Positions 6,827 to 15,563 of a stretch of DNA of 29,037 nt are shown piece by piece. Below the pieces are notes generated by a model. The model saw nothing but the letters and a program-made list of their open reading frames with translations, was not told the origin of the DNA and searched no databases. The position numbers and the translations under genes were made by a program. This DNA comes from a virus, in the UHGV virus genome UHGV-0149439; one strand, 5' to 3'. Position 1 is the stretch's first letter. Each line of letters begins with the position of its first letter.

Positions 6827-7673
6827 ATTAACCGGCTACGTATGGGATGGTTGCGCGGCGTCGGGCATGAAGTTGTCTAGTGTCGCGATCATGGCTCGCC
6901 TTGCTGATTTCAGCAGCGATGAGGGGGTGTGCTGGCCGTCCATTGAAACTATTGCTCGTCAGCTTGGCGCGGGGCCGAGCACTATCAGAACGGCAATCGC
7001 TAAGCTTGAAAAAGATGGCTGGCTCACGCGTACACAGCGCCGCAATGGTAACCGTAATGCGTCGAACGTTTACCGCCTGAATGTGGCGAAACTTCAGGCT
7101 GCCGCATTTTCTCAACTGTCAGATTCTGACACGTCAAAATCTGACGCATCAAAATTTGACGCCTCAAAAGCTGACCCGTCGAAATCTGGCAAAAACGGCG
7201 GTTTTGACCCGTCAGAATCTGGCGGGGATCCGTCAGTAAAATCAACACAAGATCCACAAGTAACTTCAAAACCCTCTTGTCCGGTTGCGGCGCAACCAGA
7301 CCCTGAAGTCGTGATTACTGACCAGGCGATCTTAGTTTTGTCCCATTTGAATCAGATCAGCGGATCCCGGTATCAGAAATCAAAAACATCCCTGGAGAAC
7401 ATTCGTGCCCGACTGCGTGAGGGGTACAGCGTTGCAGACCTGCAACTTGTTATCGACCTGAAGCATGAACACTGGCACGAGAACGACGAGCAGTACCAGT
7501 ACATGCGCCCGGAAACGCTGTTCGGCCCGAAGAAATTCGAGAGCTATCTGCAAAGCGCTACCCGCTGGGAGCAGAAGGGACGGCCTAAACGCGCTGACTG
7601 GGGTGCGAAAAATCGCGATGTGATGGCTTTTGGTCCGGTTGATACAAGGATTCCAGAGGGGTTCAGAGGATGA
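6816..7673 (+). CDS. Phage replication initiation/organiser protein (N-terminal winged-helix region, repeat linker, conserved phage C-terminal domain)
   Basis: N-terminal HTH-like region (SIETIARQLGAGPSTIRTAIAKLEKDGWLTR); C-terminal DLQLVIDLKHEHW...ETLFGPKKFESYL block typical of phage replication proteins; internal iterons. Confidence 0.7.
   Translation: MSTKLTGYVWDGCAASGMKLSSVAIMARLADFSSDEGVCWPSIETIARQLGAGPSTIRTAIAKLEKDGWLTRTQRRNGNRNASNVYRLNVAKLQAAAFSQLSDSDTSKSDASKFDASKADPSKSGKNGGFDPSESGGDPSVKSTQDPQVTSKPSCPVAAQPDPEVVITDQAILVLSHLNQISGSRYQKSKTSLENIRARLREGYSVADLQLVIDLKHEHWHENDEQYQYMRPETLFGPKKFESYLQSATRWEQKGRPKRADWGAKNRDVMAFGPVDTRIPEGFRG
7126..7218 (+). repeat. Iteron array (candidate origin) inside the replication gene: four tandem 15-bp repeats plus one offset copy
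   Basis: ctgacacgtcaaaat / ctgacgcatcaaaat / ttgacgcctcaaaag / ctgacccgtcgaaat in perfect 15-bp register (7126-7185), fifth copy ttgacccgtcagaat at 7204-7218. Confidence 0.6.
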
Positions 7674-8551
7674 CGTTAAACAAATATTGCCAGGCGCTGG
7701 TGGCACTACGTAGCCAACCAGCCCACGAATTGAAAGAAGTTGGCGATCAGTGGCGGACACCGGATCTGCTTTTCTGGGGTATCAACGCGCTATTTGGACC
7801 ATTAGTTCTGGACTTGTTTGCTGACGACGACAACGCGAAGTGCCCGGCATGGTACACCGCCGAAGATAATGCGCTGACGCAGGACTGGTCTGAACGTCTT
7901 GCAGAACTGGGTGGCGCTGGTTATGGCAACCCACCGTATAGCCGTTCGCAGTACCACGAGAAACAGGCGATCACCGGCATGACGCACATCATGAACTACG
8001 CAGCAGCCCAGCGCGAAAAGGGCGGGCGTTATGTATTCCTGATAAAAGCCGCGCCGAGTGAAACGTGGTGGCCGGAAGATGCCGATCACATTGTATTCAT
8101 TCGCGGGCGCATTGGGTTCGATCTGCCTGTGTGGTTTGTACCGGCTGACGAAAAACAGAAGCCCACCAGCGCGTTTTTTGCCGGTGCCATAGCTGTATTC
8201 GATAAGTCGTGGCGTGGTGAGCGGTTCAGCTATATCAACCGCACAGAACTTGAGGAAAAAGGGCGGGCATTTATGGCGTTGGCTCAATTCGCCGTTGGTA
8301 AAGAGCAAACAATTGCAATGCAGGCAGCCAGGGAACCAGCAGCAACACCGGAAACTGAGTCACGAATCTGGCCTCTCGAGGTTGGTCTGGTGTTTAACCA
8401 GGTGGAAGGCGTTGATGTATTGAGCGAGGCCCAGCAGAACAAACTGAAAGCCAACATCAATCAACTCTGGCTGGAACGAACGGCCACCAGCGAAATTATC
8501 ACAATTGCGCGTGGTCTTGTTGGCAGCATGCAGGGGGTAACCCATGCGTGA
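7670..8551 (+). CDS. DNA N6-adenine methyltransferase, phage Dam-like (293 aa); no adjacent endonuclease
   Basis: GYGNPPYS (DPPY/NPPY motif IV of amino-methyltransferases); start overlaps the upstream stop. Confidence 0.75.
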   Translation: MTLNKYCQALVALRSQPAHELKEVGDQWRTPDLLFWGINALFGPLVLDLFADDDNAKCPAWYTAEDNALTQDWSERLAELGGAGYGNPPYSRSQYHEKQAITGMTHIMNYAAAQREKGGRYVFLIKAAPSETWWPEDADHIVFIRGRIGFDLPVWFVPADEKQKPTSAFFAGAIAVFDKSWRGERFSYINRTELEEKGRAFMALAQFAVGKEQTIAMQAAREPAATPETESRIWPLEVGLVFNQVEGVDVLSEAQQNKLKANINQLWLERTATSEIITIARGLVGSMQGVTHA

Positions 8552-10478
8552 GATTATCGTTGATAACTTTGCTGGTGGCGGTGGTGCATCAACGGGTATT
8601 GAACTGGCGATCGGACGCAGCGTGGATATTGCGATCAACCACGACGAAAACGCCATTGCGATGCACAAGACGAACCACCCGGACACACTGCATTATTGTG
8701 AATCCGTATTTGACGTGGATCCTGTAGCCGCCACCGGAGGTAATCCAGTCGGACTGGCGTGGTTTAGCCCGGACTGCCGACACTTCTCGAAGGCAAAAGG
8801 CGCAAAGCCTGTGAAAAAAGAGATACGCGGTCTTGCCTGGATTGTTCTGCGTTGGGCACTGGCGAAGCGACCGCGTGTGATGATGCTGGAGAACGTGGAA
8901 GAGTTCAAAACGTGGGGACCGCTGCTGGCCGATGAAATGCGTCCGGATCCTGCCCGCACTGGCGAAACATTCAATGCATTTGTCGGCATGCTGTCCACTG
9001 GCATTCCTGCTGACCACCCGGCACTGTCAGAAGTTTGTGAGTTTCTGTCTATTGAAAGAGGTAGCGAGCAGGCGCAACTGCTGGTGGATGGGCTTGGATA
9101 TGATGTTGATTATCGCGAACTACGCGCGTGTGATTACGGCGCGCCGACGATCCGCAAACGCTTCTTCATGGTTATGCGCTGCGATGGCTGCCCAATCCAG
9201 TGGCCTGCTGTTACCCATGGGGATCCTAAGTCTCTGGAGGTGCAGAGCGGCAGGCTGATGCCATGGCGTACCGCTGCGGAATGTATCGACTGGAATGTTC
9301 CGGCCCTGTCCATCTTCGACCGCAAAAAACCGCTGGCGGAGAACACTCTGAAGCGGATCGCGCGCGGCATACAGCGCTTTGTTATCGAAAGTGCGTCGCC
9401 GTTTATCGTGAAGTGTAACCACACAAGCTCAAAAAATTCGTATGACGCTTTTCGCGGGCAGTCGCTGAATGAACCATTACAGACCATTACTAAAAAACTC
9501 GGCTACGCGTTAGCCGTTCCACACCTGACAAAATTCCGCACTGGCGCAACCGGGCAGCCCGTTACCGAACCTGTCCCGACGGTAACCGCTGGCACGTCAA
9601 AACGCCCGGGTGGGAATGGGCATGCTCTCGGGATTGTTGAGGCTGCACTGACGCCATTCCTGGCGGGTAATGGTGGTAGTGAATACCAGGCTAAACCGCG
9701 CCCGCTGGATAAACCTGCTCATACCATTCTGAAGCAATCCCGCGCCTGTCTGGTTGCGCCAGTGATAGCCCGCCAGTTTGGGGCCAGCGTTGGCCATCGG
9801 GCAGACGAACCGAGCGCAACCATAACCGCTGGCGGTGGCGGTAAATCTCAACTGGTAACGCCTACGCTGATCCAGATGGGTTATGGCGAACGACCTGGAC
9901 AAGAACCGCGTGTGCTGCGGCTGGATAACCCGCTGGGGACCGTTACTGCAGGCGGAAATAAATTTGCGACGGTGAGCGCGTTCCTGGCGAAACACTACGG
10001 CGGTAACTATACGGGGCCTGGTGTCAGTATGGATGAACCCGCGCATTCAGTGACCACTGTCGACCATCATGCAGTAGTTGCCTCTCATCTGGTGAAACTG
10101 CGTGGAACATGCCGCGACGGGCAACGCCTGGATGGGCCCATGCCAACAATCACCGCTGGTGGCCAACACGTGGGTGAGGTACGCACATTTCTCGAGACGT
10201 ATTGCGGGGAAAGTGACGATGAATGGCTGGTAACTATCGATGGGGTGAAATACCAGATCGTTGATATCGGAATGCGCATGTTGCAGCCGCATGAACTCTA
10301 CAAAGCGCAGGGCTTCCCCGATGGATACGTTATTGATCAGGACTACCGTGGAAATCGCTATGCAAAAGATAAGCAGGTAGCCCGCTGCGGTAATGCGGTA
10401 CCACCACCATTCGCCAGGGCGCTGGTGGAGGCAAATCTTCCGGAACTGTGTGCAGTGCAACAACAGGAGGTGGCATGA
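8544..10478 (+). CDS. DNA cytosine-5 methyltransferase with an unusually long variable region of repeated modules (644 aa)
   Basis: Motif I FAGGGG, catalytic SPDCRHFSKA (PC motif), ENV motif MLENVEEF, C-terminal CGNAVPPP; five T(I/V)TAGG-type repeats in the variable region. Confidence 0.88.
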   Translation: MREIIVDNFAGGGGASTGIELAIGRSVDIAINHDENAIAMHKTNHPDTLHYCESVFDVDPVAATGGNPVGLAWFSPDCRHFSKAKGAKPVKKEIRGLAWIVLRWALAKRPRVMMLENVEEFKTWGPLLADEMRPDPARTGETFNAFVGMLSTGIPADHPALSEVCEFLSIERGSEQAQLLVDGLGYDVDYRELRACDYGAPTIRKRFFMVMRCDGCPIQWPAVTHGDPKSLEVQSGRLMPWRTAAECIDWNVPALSIFDRKKPLAENTLKRIARGIQRFVIESASPFIVKCNHTSSKNSYDAFRGQSLNEPLQTITKKLGYALAVPHLTKFRTGATGQPVTEPVPTVTAGTSKRPGGNGHALGIVEAALTPFLAGNGGSEYQAKPRPLDKPAHTILKQSRACLVAPVIARQFGASVGHRADEPSATITAGGGGKSQLVTPTLIQMGYGERPGQEPRVLRLDNPLGTVTAGGNKFATVSAFLAKHYGGNYTGPGVSMDEPAHSVTTVDHHAVVASHLVKLRGTCRDGQRLDGPMPTITAGGQHVGEVRTFLETYCGESDDEWLVTIDGVKYQIVDIGMRMLQPHELYKAQGFPDGYVIDQDYRGNRYAKDKQVARCGNAVPPPFARALVEANLPELCAVQQQEVA

Positions 10479-10861
10479 AACTTGTGCTCCCGTTCCCTCC
10501 GAGCGTGAACACTTACTGGCGCGCCCCTAACAAGGGGCCGCTGGCCGGTCGTCACCTCATTAGCGCAGATGGTCGTAAATACCAGAGCGCTGCCTGCATG
10601 GCGATCATTGAGCAATTACGACGTCTCCCGAAGCCATCGACTGAACTGGCAGCGGTAGAAATCACTCTGTACCCGCCGGATGCGCGCCGCAGGGATATCG
10701 ATAATTACAACAAAGCCCTGTTTGACGCGCTGACTCATGCGGGTGTCTGGGAAGATGACAGCCAGATTAAGCGCATGCTGGTGGAATGGGGACCCGTAGT
10801 GCCGAAAGGTCGGGTAGAGATAACGATCAGCAGATATGAACCGGCGGGTGCAGCCGCCTGA
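10475..10861 (+). CDS. rusA: RusA-family Holliday junction resolvase (128 aa)
   Basis: AGGAGG Shine-Dalgarno; MKLVLPFPPSVNTYWR... and RRRDIDNYNKALFDALT closely follow the RusA pattern; ATG overlaps the upstream stop. Confidence 0.88.
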   Translation: MKLVLPFPPSVNTYWRAPNKGPLAGRHLISADGRKYQSAACMAIIEQLRRLPKPSTELAAVEITLYPPDARRRDIDNYNKALFDALTHAGVWEDDSQIKRMLVEWGPVVPKGRVEITISRYEPAGAAA

Positions 10862-10874
10862 TATGGAGAAAAGT

Positions 10875-11561
10875 ATGAGCCAGTTAATCGTGAATGGTGT
10901 AGTAACAATGTCCAGCCGTGATATTGCGGATCTGGTTCAAAGTAAACACAGTGACGTGAAACGCTCGGCTGAGCGCCTTGTTGCTGCGGGAATTTTAACC
11001 GCGCCGTTGGCGCAGTTCGATTTTGAGCATAACGGCAATATTTACCAGGAGTATCGTTTTAACAAACGCGACTCTCTGGTGATTGTTGCCAGACTGTCAC
11101 CTGAATTTACCGCCGCGGTCGTCGATCGCTGGCAGGAACTGGAAGAAGGGCAGAGTGTCAGTGTTCCCCGCTCATTGCCGGAAGCACTTCGCATGGCTGC
11201 TGATTTAGCCGAGCAGAAAGAGCAACTGACCATCCAACTGGCAGCCGCGGCGCCAAAAGTGGAGTTTGTTGACCGTTACTGCTCTGCAAAAGGCTCCATG
11301 TCATTCCGGCAGGTAGCCAAATTGCTCAACGCAAAAGAAACTGAGTTCCGCCTGTTCCTTATTGAACGCAATATCCTGTATCGCCTCGGCGGCACACTTA
11401 CCCCCATGGCGCAGCACATTTCAGCGGGAAGATTTGAAGTTAAGACGGGAACATCGAGCACATCCAATCACGCCTTCAGCCAGACGCGCTTCACTGCCAA
11501 GGGGGTACGCTGGATTGGTGGTTTGTGGGCTGAACATATTGCAGGGGGGCAGGCGGCGTGA
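10875..11561 (+). CDS. Phage antirepressor / Rha-type regulatory protein (228 aa; track ORF opens at 10836)
   Basis: GGAG Shine-Dalgarno before ATG 10875; N-terminal MSQLIVNGVVTMSSRDIADLV typical of Rha/antirepressor N-domains. Confidence 0.55.
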   Translation: MSQLIVNGVVTMSSRDIADLVQSKHSDVKRSAERLVAAGILTAPLAQFDFEHNGNIYQEYRFNKRDSLVIVARLSPEFTAAVVDRWQELEEGQSVSVPRSLPEALRMAADLAEQKEQLTIQLAAAAPKVEFVDRYCSAKGSMSFRQVAKLLNAKETEFRLFLIERNILYRLGGTLTPMAQHISAGRFEVKTGTSSTSNHAFSQTRFTAKGVRWIGGLWAEHIAGGQAA

Positions 11562-12553
11562 GGGCTTTGTTAACTCCTGAAGTCGCCCATCGCATGGGGA
11601 TTGTGTTGTTTCGTCCCGGCGCGGAATTAATGCACCTCTTCATGCGCGGTCGCGTTCTTCTCGAACCTGAACCAGAAGAAATGGCGTCATTCAGTACAGG
11701 GGCTGTTCCCGCCGCCATTCAGCCGCTGGCTGATGATCCGGTAATGCGGAAGGTCTTCGAGAATGAACGGGTTATTCAGCGTGCCGGCGGGCTTCCTTCC
11801 CTTGAGCAATGGTTGAGTAATCGGTTTGAATGCCAGTGGCCACATTCAACGTGGCACGACAAGAACTTCACAACAATGCGGCACCCACCAGGAAGCATTC
11901 GTCTGTGCTGGCATTGCGATCACACTTTGTCCGGGCAGCATACCGAACAGCTTGCAGGTATAGCGGCAGGAAACCTGGTATCCTGGATTCTGGAAGTTAT
12001 TCGTCGCGATTCTGGTTTTCCCGAGTCGCATGTACTGACGTTGCCGGAAATGTGCTGGTGGCTGGTCAGGAACGACCTGGCTGATGTTATTCCGGAAAGC
12101 GTTGCGCACAAGGGGCTACGCCTTCCGGATGAGAAGATCCGCTCTGTTATGAGGGAAAGCGACATTGTGCCTTCCGTGTCAGCAGCCAGCCTCGTGCAGG
12201 AGAAGGCTAAGAAGATCCTCACGCTCTCTGTTGATCCGGAGTCGCCAGAGTCTTTCATGCTCAGGCCAAAACGTCGCCGCTGGGTAAATGAGACGTACAC
12301 CCGCTGGGTTAAAACACAACCCTGTGAGTGTTGCCGACGGCCAGCAGATGATCCGCACCATATCGTAGGGCACGGTATGGGGGGGACAGCAACAAAAGCC
12401 CATGATCTCTTCGTGATCCCTCTGTGCAGAGAGTGCCACGACGAGTTACACGCCGATGTACCGGCATTCGAGCAGAAGCATGGTACGCAGCTTGAGCTGC
12501 TACTGCGTTTTATGGATCGGGCGCTGGCGATCGGCGTAATTGCGAAAGCTTAA
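11558..12553 (+). CDS. DUF968-like phage protein with a C-terminal Cys/His zinc-finger, HNH-like (331 aa)
   Basis: C-terminal CECC...HHIVGHGMGG...IPLCRECHDELH cluster; GTG start overlapping the upstream stop. Confidence 0.5.
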   Translation: MRALLTPEVAHRMGIVLFRPGAELMHLFMRGRVLLEPEPEEMASFSTGAVPAAIQPLADDPVMRKVFENERVIQRAGGLPSLEQWLSNRFECQWPHSTWHDKNFTTMRHPPGSIRLCWHCDHTLSGQHTEQLAGIAAGNLVSWILEVIRRDSGFPESHVLTLPEMCWWLVRNDLADVIPESVAHKGLRLPDEKIRSVMRESDIVPSVSAASLVQEKAKKILTLSVDPESPESFMLRPKRRRWVNETYTRWVKTQPCECCRRPADDPHHIVGHGMGGTATKAHDLFVIPLCRECHDELHADVPAFEQKHGTQLELLLRFMDRALAIGVIAKA

Positions 12554-12574
12554 GTGTATGGAGCGCAAAGAAGC

Positions 12575-13264
12575 ATGAATCAACAAGACCTGAATTTTGT
12601 AAGAATAGAATTGCGCCGCGCGCTACCTGACCTCTCTGGGGGAACAAAAGGGCAGCTTGAGGCTTTCAGTGAACACCCACCAGCAGACAAAAATGCCACC
12701 CCGCGCCGTGGTATTCATCTCGTCGAACTCGAAGGAGAGAAGGGGCCACGCTTTGTTAACTCGCTTTCCGCGCCACTGTATGTGCTGGAAACACGCAGCC
12801 GCCGCAGGCCAATGCCGCCGATAAAAGATGCGGAATTTGAGTCCGCGCCGTGGCGTAGGGCAGTGTCCGCGCTTAGTGGATACCAGCAGGCCTGGTTGCG
12901 GTACTGCTACGGTTTTGACCTTAGCTATAAGCACCAGGTGATGATGTGTGAATACGTCTGGAAAACTTATCAGAAATGCCTGGGTGAAAACTCGCTTCAG
13001 GAGCGCGTAGTAAAGAAACTGATAGGCCTGGTATGGCTGGCAGGGCAGGAAATTACCGCAACCCGAAACAATGAAACCTATAAAGACTACGCTGGCGCGG
13101 CGCTGGCCCGTATGGTTAGCGTTGACCGTTCGACTTGGTTGCGCGTCTATTCAGGGCACTGGGCAGGGTTAAAGGCTGCTTTTACCCAGCTTGATGAGTC
13201 TGCGCTGGTCATGGCTCTTGAATACTATGAGGATGAAGAAGCACTCAAAGTGGCAGAAATGTGA
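12575..13264 (+). CDS. Putative late-gene antiterminator (Q-like) (229 aa from ATG 12575; track ORF opens at GTG 12554)
   Basis: Called mainly from context: last early-region gene, followed by a promoter-like AT-rich segment and an intrinsic terminator ahead of the lysis genes. Confidence 0.45.
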   Translation: MNQQDLNFVRIELRRALPDLSGGTKGQLEAFSEHPPADKNATPRRGIHLVELEGEKGPRFVNSLSAPLYVLETRSRRRPMPPIKDAEFESAPWRRAVSALSGYQQAWLRYCYGFDLSYKHQVMMCEYVWKTYQKCLGENSLQERVVKKLIGLVWLAGQEITATRNNETYKDYAGAALARMVSVDRSTWLRVYSGHWAGLKAAFTQLDESALVMALEYYEDEEALKVAEM

Positions 13265-13356
13265 AGTAAATTTCACTATCTCCTTCAAACGCGCTTGCAA
13301 AATGCAACAAAATAAGCCATATTTGAAGCATATTTGATATGTTGCCAAAGTTTTAT

Positions 13357-13380
13357 AAACCCGCCTATGAGCGGGTTTTT
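13357..13380 (+). terminator. Intrinsic terminator downstream of the Q-like gene (tR'-like)
   Basis: Stem aaacccgc/gcgggttt with loop ctatga, then a T-run. Confidence 0.55.
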
Positions 13381-13391
13381 GCGTTATAATT

Positions 13392-13423
13392 CACCTATTT
13401 AAATCAATTGTTTTAAATAGGTG
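13392..13423 (+). promoter_or_regulatory. Perfect 12-bp inverted repeat CACCTATTTAAA-N8-TTTAAATAGGTG covering the Shine-Dalgarno of the 283-aa cargo gene
   Basis: Arms at 13392-13403 and 13412-13423; the AGGTG SD-like element lies inside the 3' arm; ATG at 13428. Confidence 0.45.
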
Positions 13424-13427
13424 AAGT

Positions 13428-14279
13428 ATGAAAATAGATAATCCCGAAAATCCACTTGAACGAAACGATTTTACGATGGATGACTTCCATCACTACTTAA
13501 GGGAGTTTGATAAAGCTGTATGTGAAGCGAATGCTGTAAGTCAGGGGGTTGGTGTGCGAATGGCTGAGGCTTTTAAAGGGTGGTCTACATACATTTTTTC
13601 ACGAATCTGCATTCATGCTTCAATAATGATTTCCAACGTACCAAGATCAAGATGGGCTAAGCGGGATTATGACTTTTGGGATTTTTCGGCGATTGCACCT
13701 CATGTAAGAGCGATTCTGGAAGCTGAGTTATTGTTTATGTATTTATCTGAGAATCCAGATTCAACTGAGGAGTGGTCAGCAAAGTTGAATGTCATGCACA
13801 TGAATGATTGTGTAAAGAGAATTGAGTTATTTACATCTAGTGATAATACGAAAGCATTGGATTTTTATCATGAACAAAAAGATATAATAACTGAGAGACT
13901 TAATAACAACCCTGTTTTTTTATCCCTTGAACAAGGAACCAGAAAACGTTGCTTGACTGGAAAAGCGCTTATGATTCCAAATCGAGATGAGTTATTGGTT
14001 AAACTGGGAAAAGATCCAAAGTCATTTAAAATAATGTTCGATTTTTTATCTCATTATACGCATATACTACCTATGTCATATTATAAAATGGAGCCAAACG
14101 GAAGGGGAACTGGTTGTTTTAACAACTATGACTTTGGCTATATGATTATGGGGATGATTATTTGTACTGAATCCTTGACTAAGTGTACAGATAGATTAGT
14201 AGAACTTTTTCCTGATGTTAGACGGTTGCGAAAAGGAACTAAATCAAAATTCACGTTAGGGCCTAAACCAACAAAATAA
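13428..14279 (+). CDS. Hypothetical protein (283 aa), low-GC cargo gene between the Q-like gene and the lysis cassette
   Basis: Long ORF with markedly lower GC than neighbours (by eye); no TM segment or family recognised. Confidence 0.75.
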   Translation: MKIDNPENPLERNDFTMDDFHHYLREFDKAVCEANAVSQGVGVRMAEAFKGWSTYIFSRICIHASIMISNVPRSRWAKRDYDFWDFSAIAPHVRAILEAELLFMYLSENPDSTEEWSAKLNVMHMNDCVKRIELFTSSDNTKALDFYHEQKDIITERLNNNPVFLSLEQGTRKRCLTGKALMIPNRDELLVKLGKDPKSFKIMFDFLSHYTHILPMSYYKMEPNGRGTGCFNNYDFGYMIMGMIICTESLTKCTDRLVELFPDVRRLRKGTKSKFTLGPKPTK

Positions 14280-14468
14280 CAATGAGTAGCTTGCTGTTAT
14301 TTTAAAGGCTTCCAAATGGAAGTCTTTTATAATTTCAGGCTTTGCAAATTATACTAATCTTCACATTTTCATAATAGCTCATAAGCCTGCCCCCCTTCCA
14401 TCAACCACAGCGCTGCATAATCTGCTCGGCTCTATACTATCTGCTTAGTATCGCGAAGGAATGTATGT

Positions 14469-14585
14469 ATGAAAGAAGGGGATTACTGGATTCAGCATGT
14501 GTGTGTTGTACAGGTGGCGTTTTACACCGATGACACTGTAGATGACCTGAAATGGGGAAAACAATCAAAGGAGTCTGGCACCTAA
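14469..14585 (+). CDS. Candidate small ORF (38 aa, MKEGDYWIQHVCVVQVAFYTDDTVDDLKWGKQSKESGT)
   Basis: GAAGGA a few nt upstream of overlapping ATGs; terminator-like hairpin downstream; weak support. Confidence 0.2.
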   Translation: MKEGDYWIQHVCVVQVAFYTDDTVDDLKWGKQSKESGT

Positions 14586-14674
14586 CCAGAGTCGATGATA
14601 TTTGCCATAACAGAGAGGCCGAAGTGCTTGAAGGTCCTCTCGCTCCATTAATGTAAGTAACCGTTCATACTTCG

Positions 14675-14700
14675 AGGCTGCCAGATGGCGGCCTTTTTTA
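14675..14700 (+). terminator. Intrinsic terminator upstream of the lysis cassette
   Basis: Stem aggctgcc / ggcggcct (one G-U pair), loop agat, followed by TTTTTT. Confidence 0.5.
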
Positions 14701-14745
14701 TTCCCCTCGTTCTGAGAGGACTCACAGCAATTAAGAGGGGGCTAA

Positions 14746-15138
14746 ATGTCCGATCCTGTAACTGGCTCTGGTGCTATGCTCGGAGGTGGGCTGGTGGGTT
14801 CCGTAATTTACGGAATTTTCACTCATACCGATTTTGGCGTTGTATTTGGCGCGTTTGGCGGCGCGGTTTTCTACGTCGCAACGGCTGCAAATCTTACCCG
14901 TGGTCGTCTGGCTGCATACTTCATGACATCGTTCATTGTTGGTGTGCTTGGGGCCGGATTATTAGGTTCAAAACTCTCAGCCTGGACAGGCTACAGTGAT
15001 CGCCCGCTTGATGCGCTCGGTGCCGTGATTGTATCTGCCATCACTATTAAGGTGCTGACATTCATCAACAGTCAGGATCTGAACAGCCTGTTCGGTATGC
15101 TTTCGCGTCTGCGCGGAGGAGGGGGCAATGTTAAATGA
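14746..15138 (+). CDS. Holin-like membrane protein (130 aa)
   Basis: GAGGGGG Shine-Dalgarno; glycine-rich hydrophobic segments; first gene of the lysis cassette. Confidence 0.6.
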   Translation: MSDPVTGSGAMLGGGLVGSVIYGIFTHTDFGVVFGAFGGAVFYVATAANLTRGRLAAYFMTSFIVGVLGAGLLGSKLSAWTGYSDRPLDALGAVIVSAITIKVLTFINSQDLNSLFGMLSRLRGGGGNVK

Positions 15139-15406
15139 TCCTTCTGCATTCTTTAATGCGTTAATTTGTGGGGTGATCGTGGTTGCGCTGATGTTCTACC
15201 AGCGCGGCGGCGCGAGACATCGCCCTTTGATATCTCTGATGGCTTATTTTACGGTGCTGGTATACGCCAGCGTCCCATTCCGCTACCTGTTCGGCCTGTA
15301 TCACGAATCACACTGGTTTGTGGTGCTGGTGAATATCCTGATCTGCGCCGCCGTGCTATGGGCCCGGGGAAACGTGGCGCGTTTAATCAACATTCTTCAG
15401 AAATAA
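15128..15406 (+). CDS. Second small membrane protein of the lysis cassette (holin/antiholin-like, 92 aa)
   Basis: GGAGGAGGGGG Shine-Dalgarno; about three hydrophobic segments; overlaps the upstream stop. Confidence 0.5.
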   Translation: MLNDPSAFFNALICGVIVVALMFYQRGGARHRPLISLMAYFTVLVYASVPFRYLFGLYHESHWFVVLVNILICAAVLWARGNVARLINILQK

Positions 15407-15411
15407 AAAAA

Positions 15412-15436
15412 GGGAAGCGCGACATCTCCGCTTCCC
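15412..15436. promoter_or_regulatory. 8-bp-stem hairpin in the spacer between the holin genes and the endolysin
   Basis: gggaagcg / cgcttccc arms, 9-nt loop, A-run upstream (would read as a terminator only on the minus strand). Confidence 0.3.
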
Positions 15437-15563
15437 TGAAAGTTCGAGGCCTGGTGTTGTTCTAATGAGGTGGAGTATCGACTTTAGTCAAACTCTGTTT
15501 CGCATTTATTACATCACACCTTGTCAGTAGTTTTTTGTCCTGCCTCAATATCGGGTTAATCAC

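Noticed and set aside
8589-10615. Cluster of minus-strand ORFs (8589..9017, 9134..9487, 9597..10046, 10047..10463, 10358..10615) inside the C5 methyltransferase gene
   Set aside because: All overlap a gene whose catalytic motifs are readable in the plus frame; they are Arg/Cys/His-rich chance frames.
14685-14999. 104-aa ORF overlapping the holin gene in another frame
   Set aside because: Trp/Arg/Cys-rich chance frame; the holin frame has a strong Shine-Dalgarno and membrane-protein composition.
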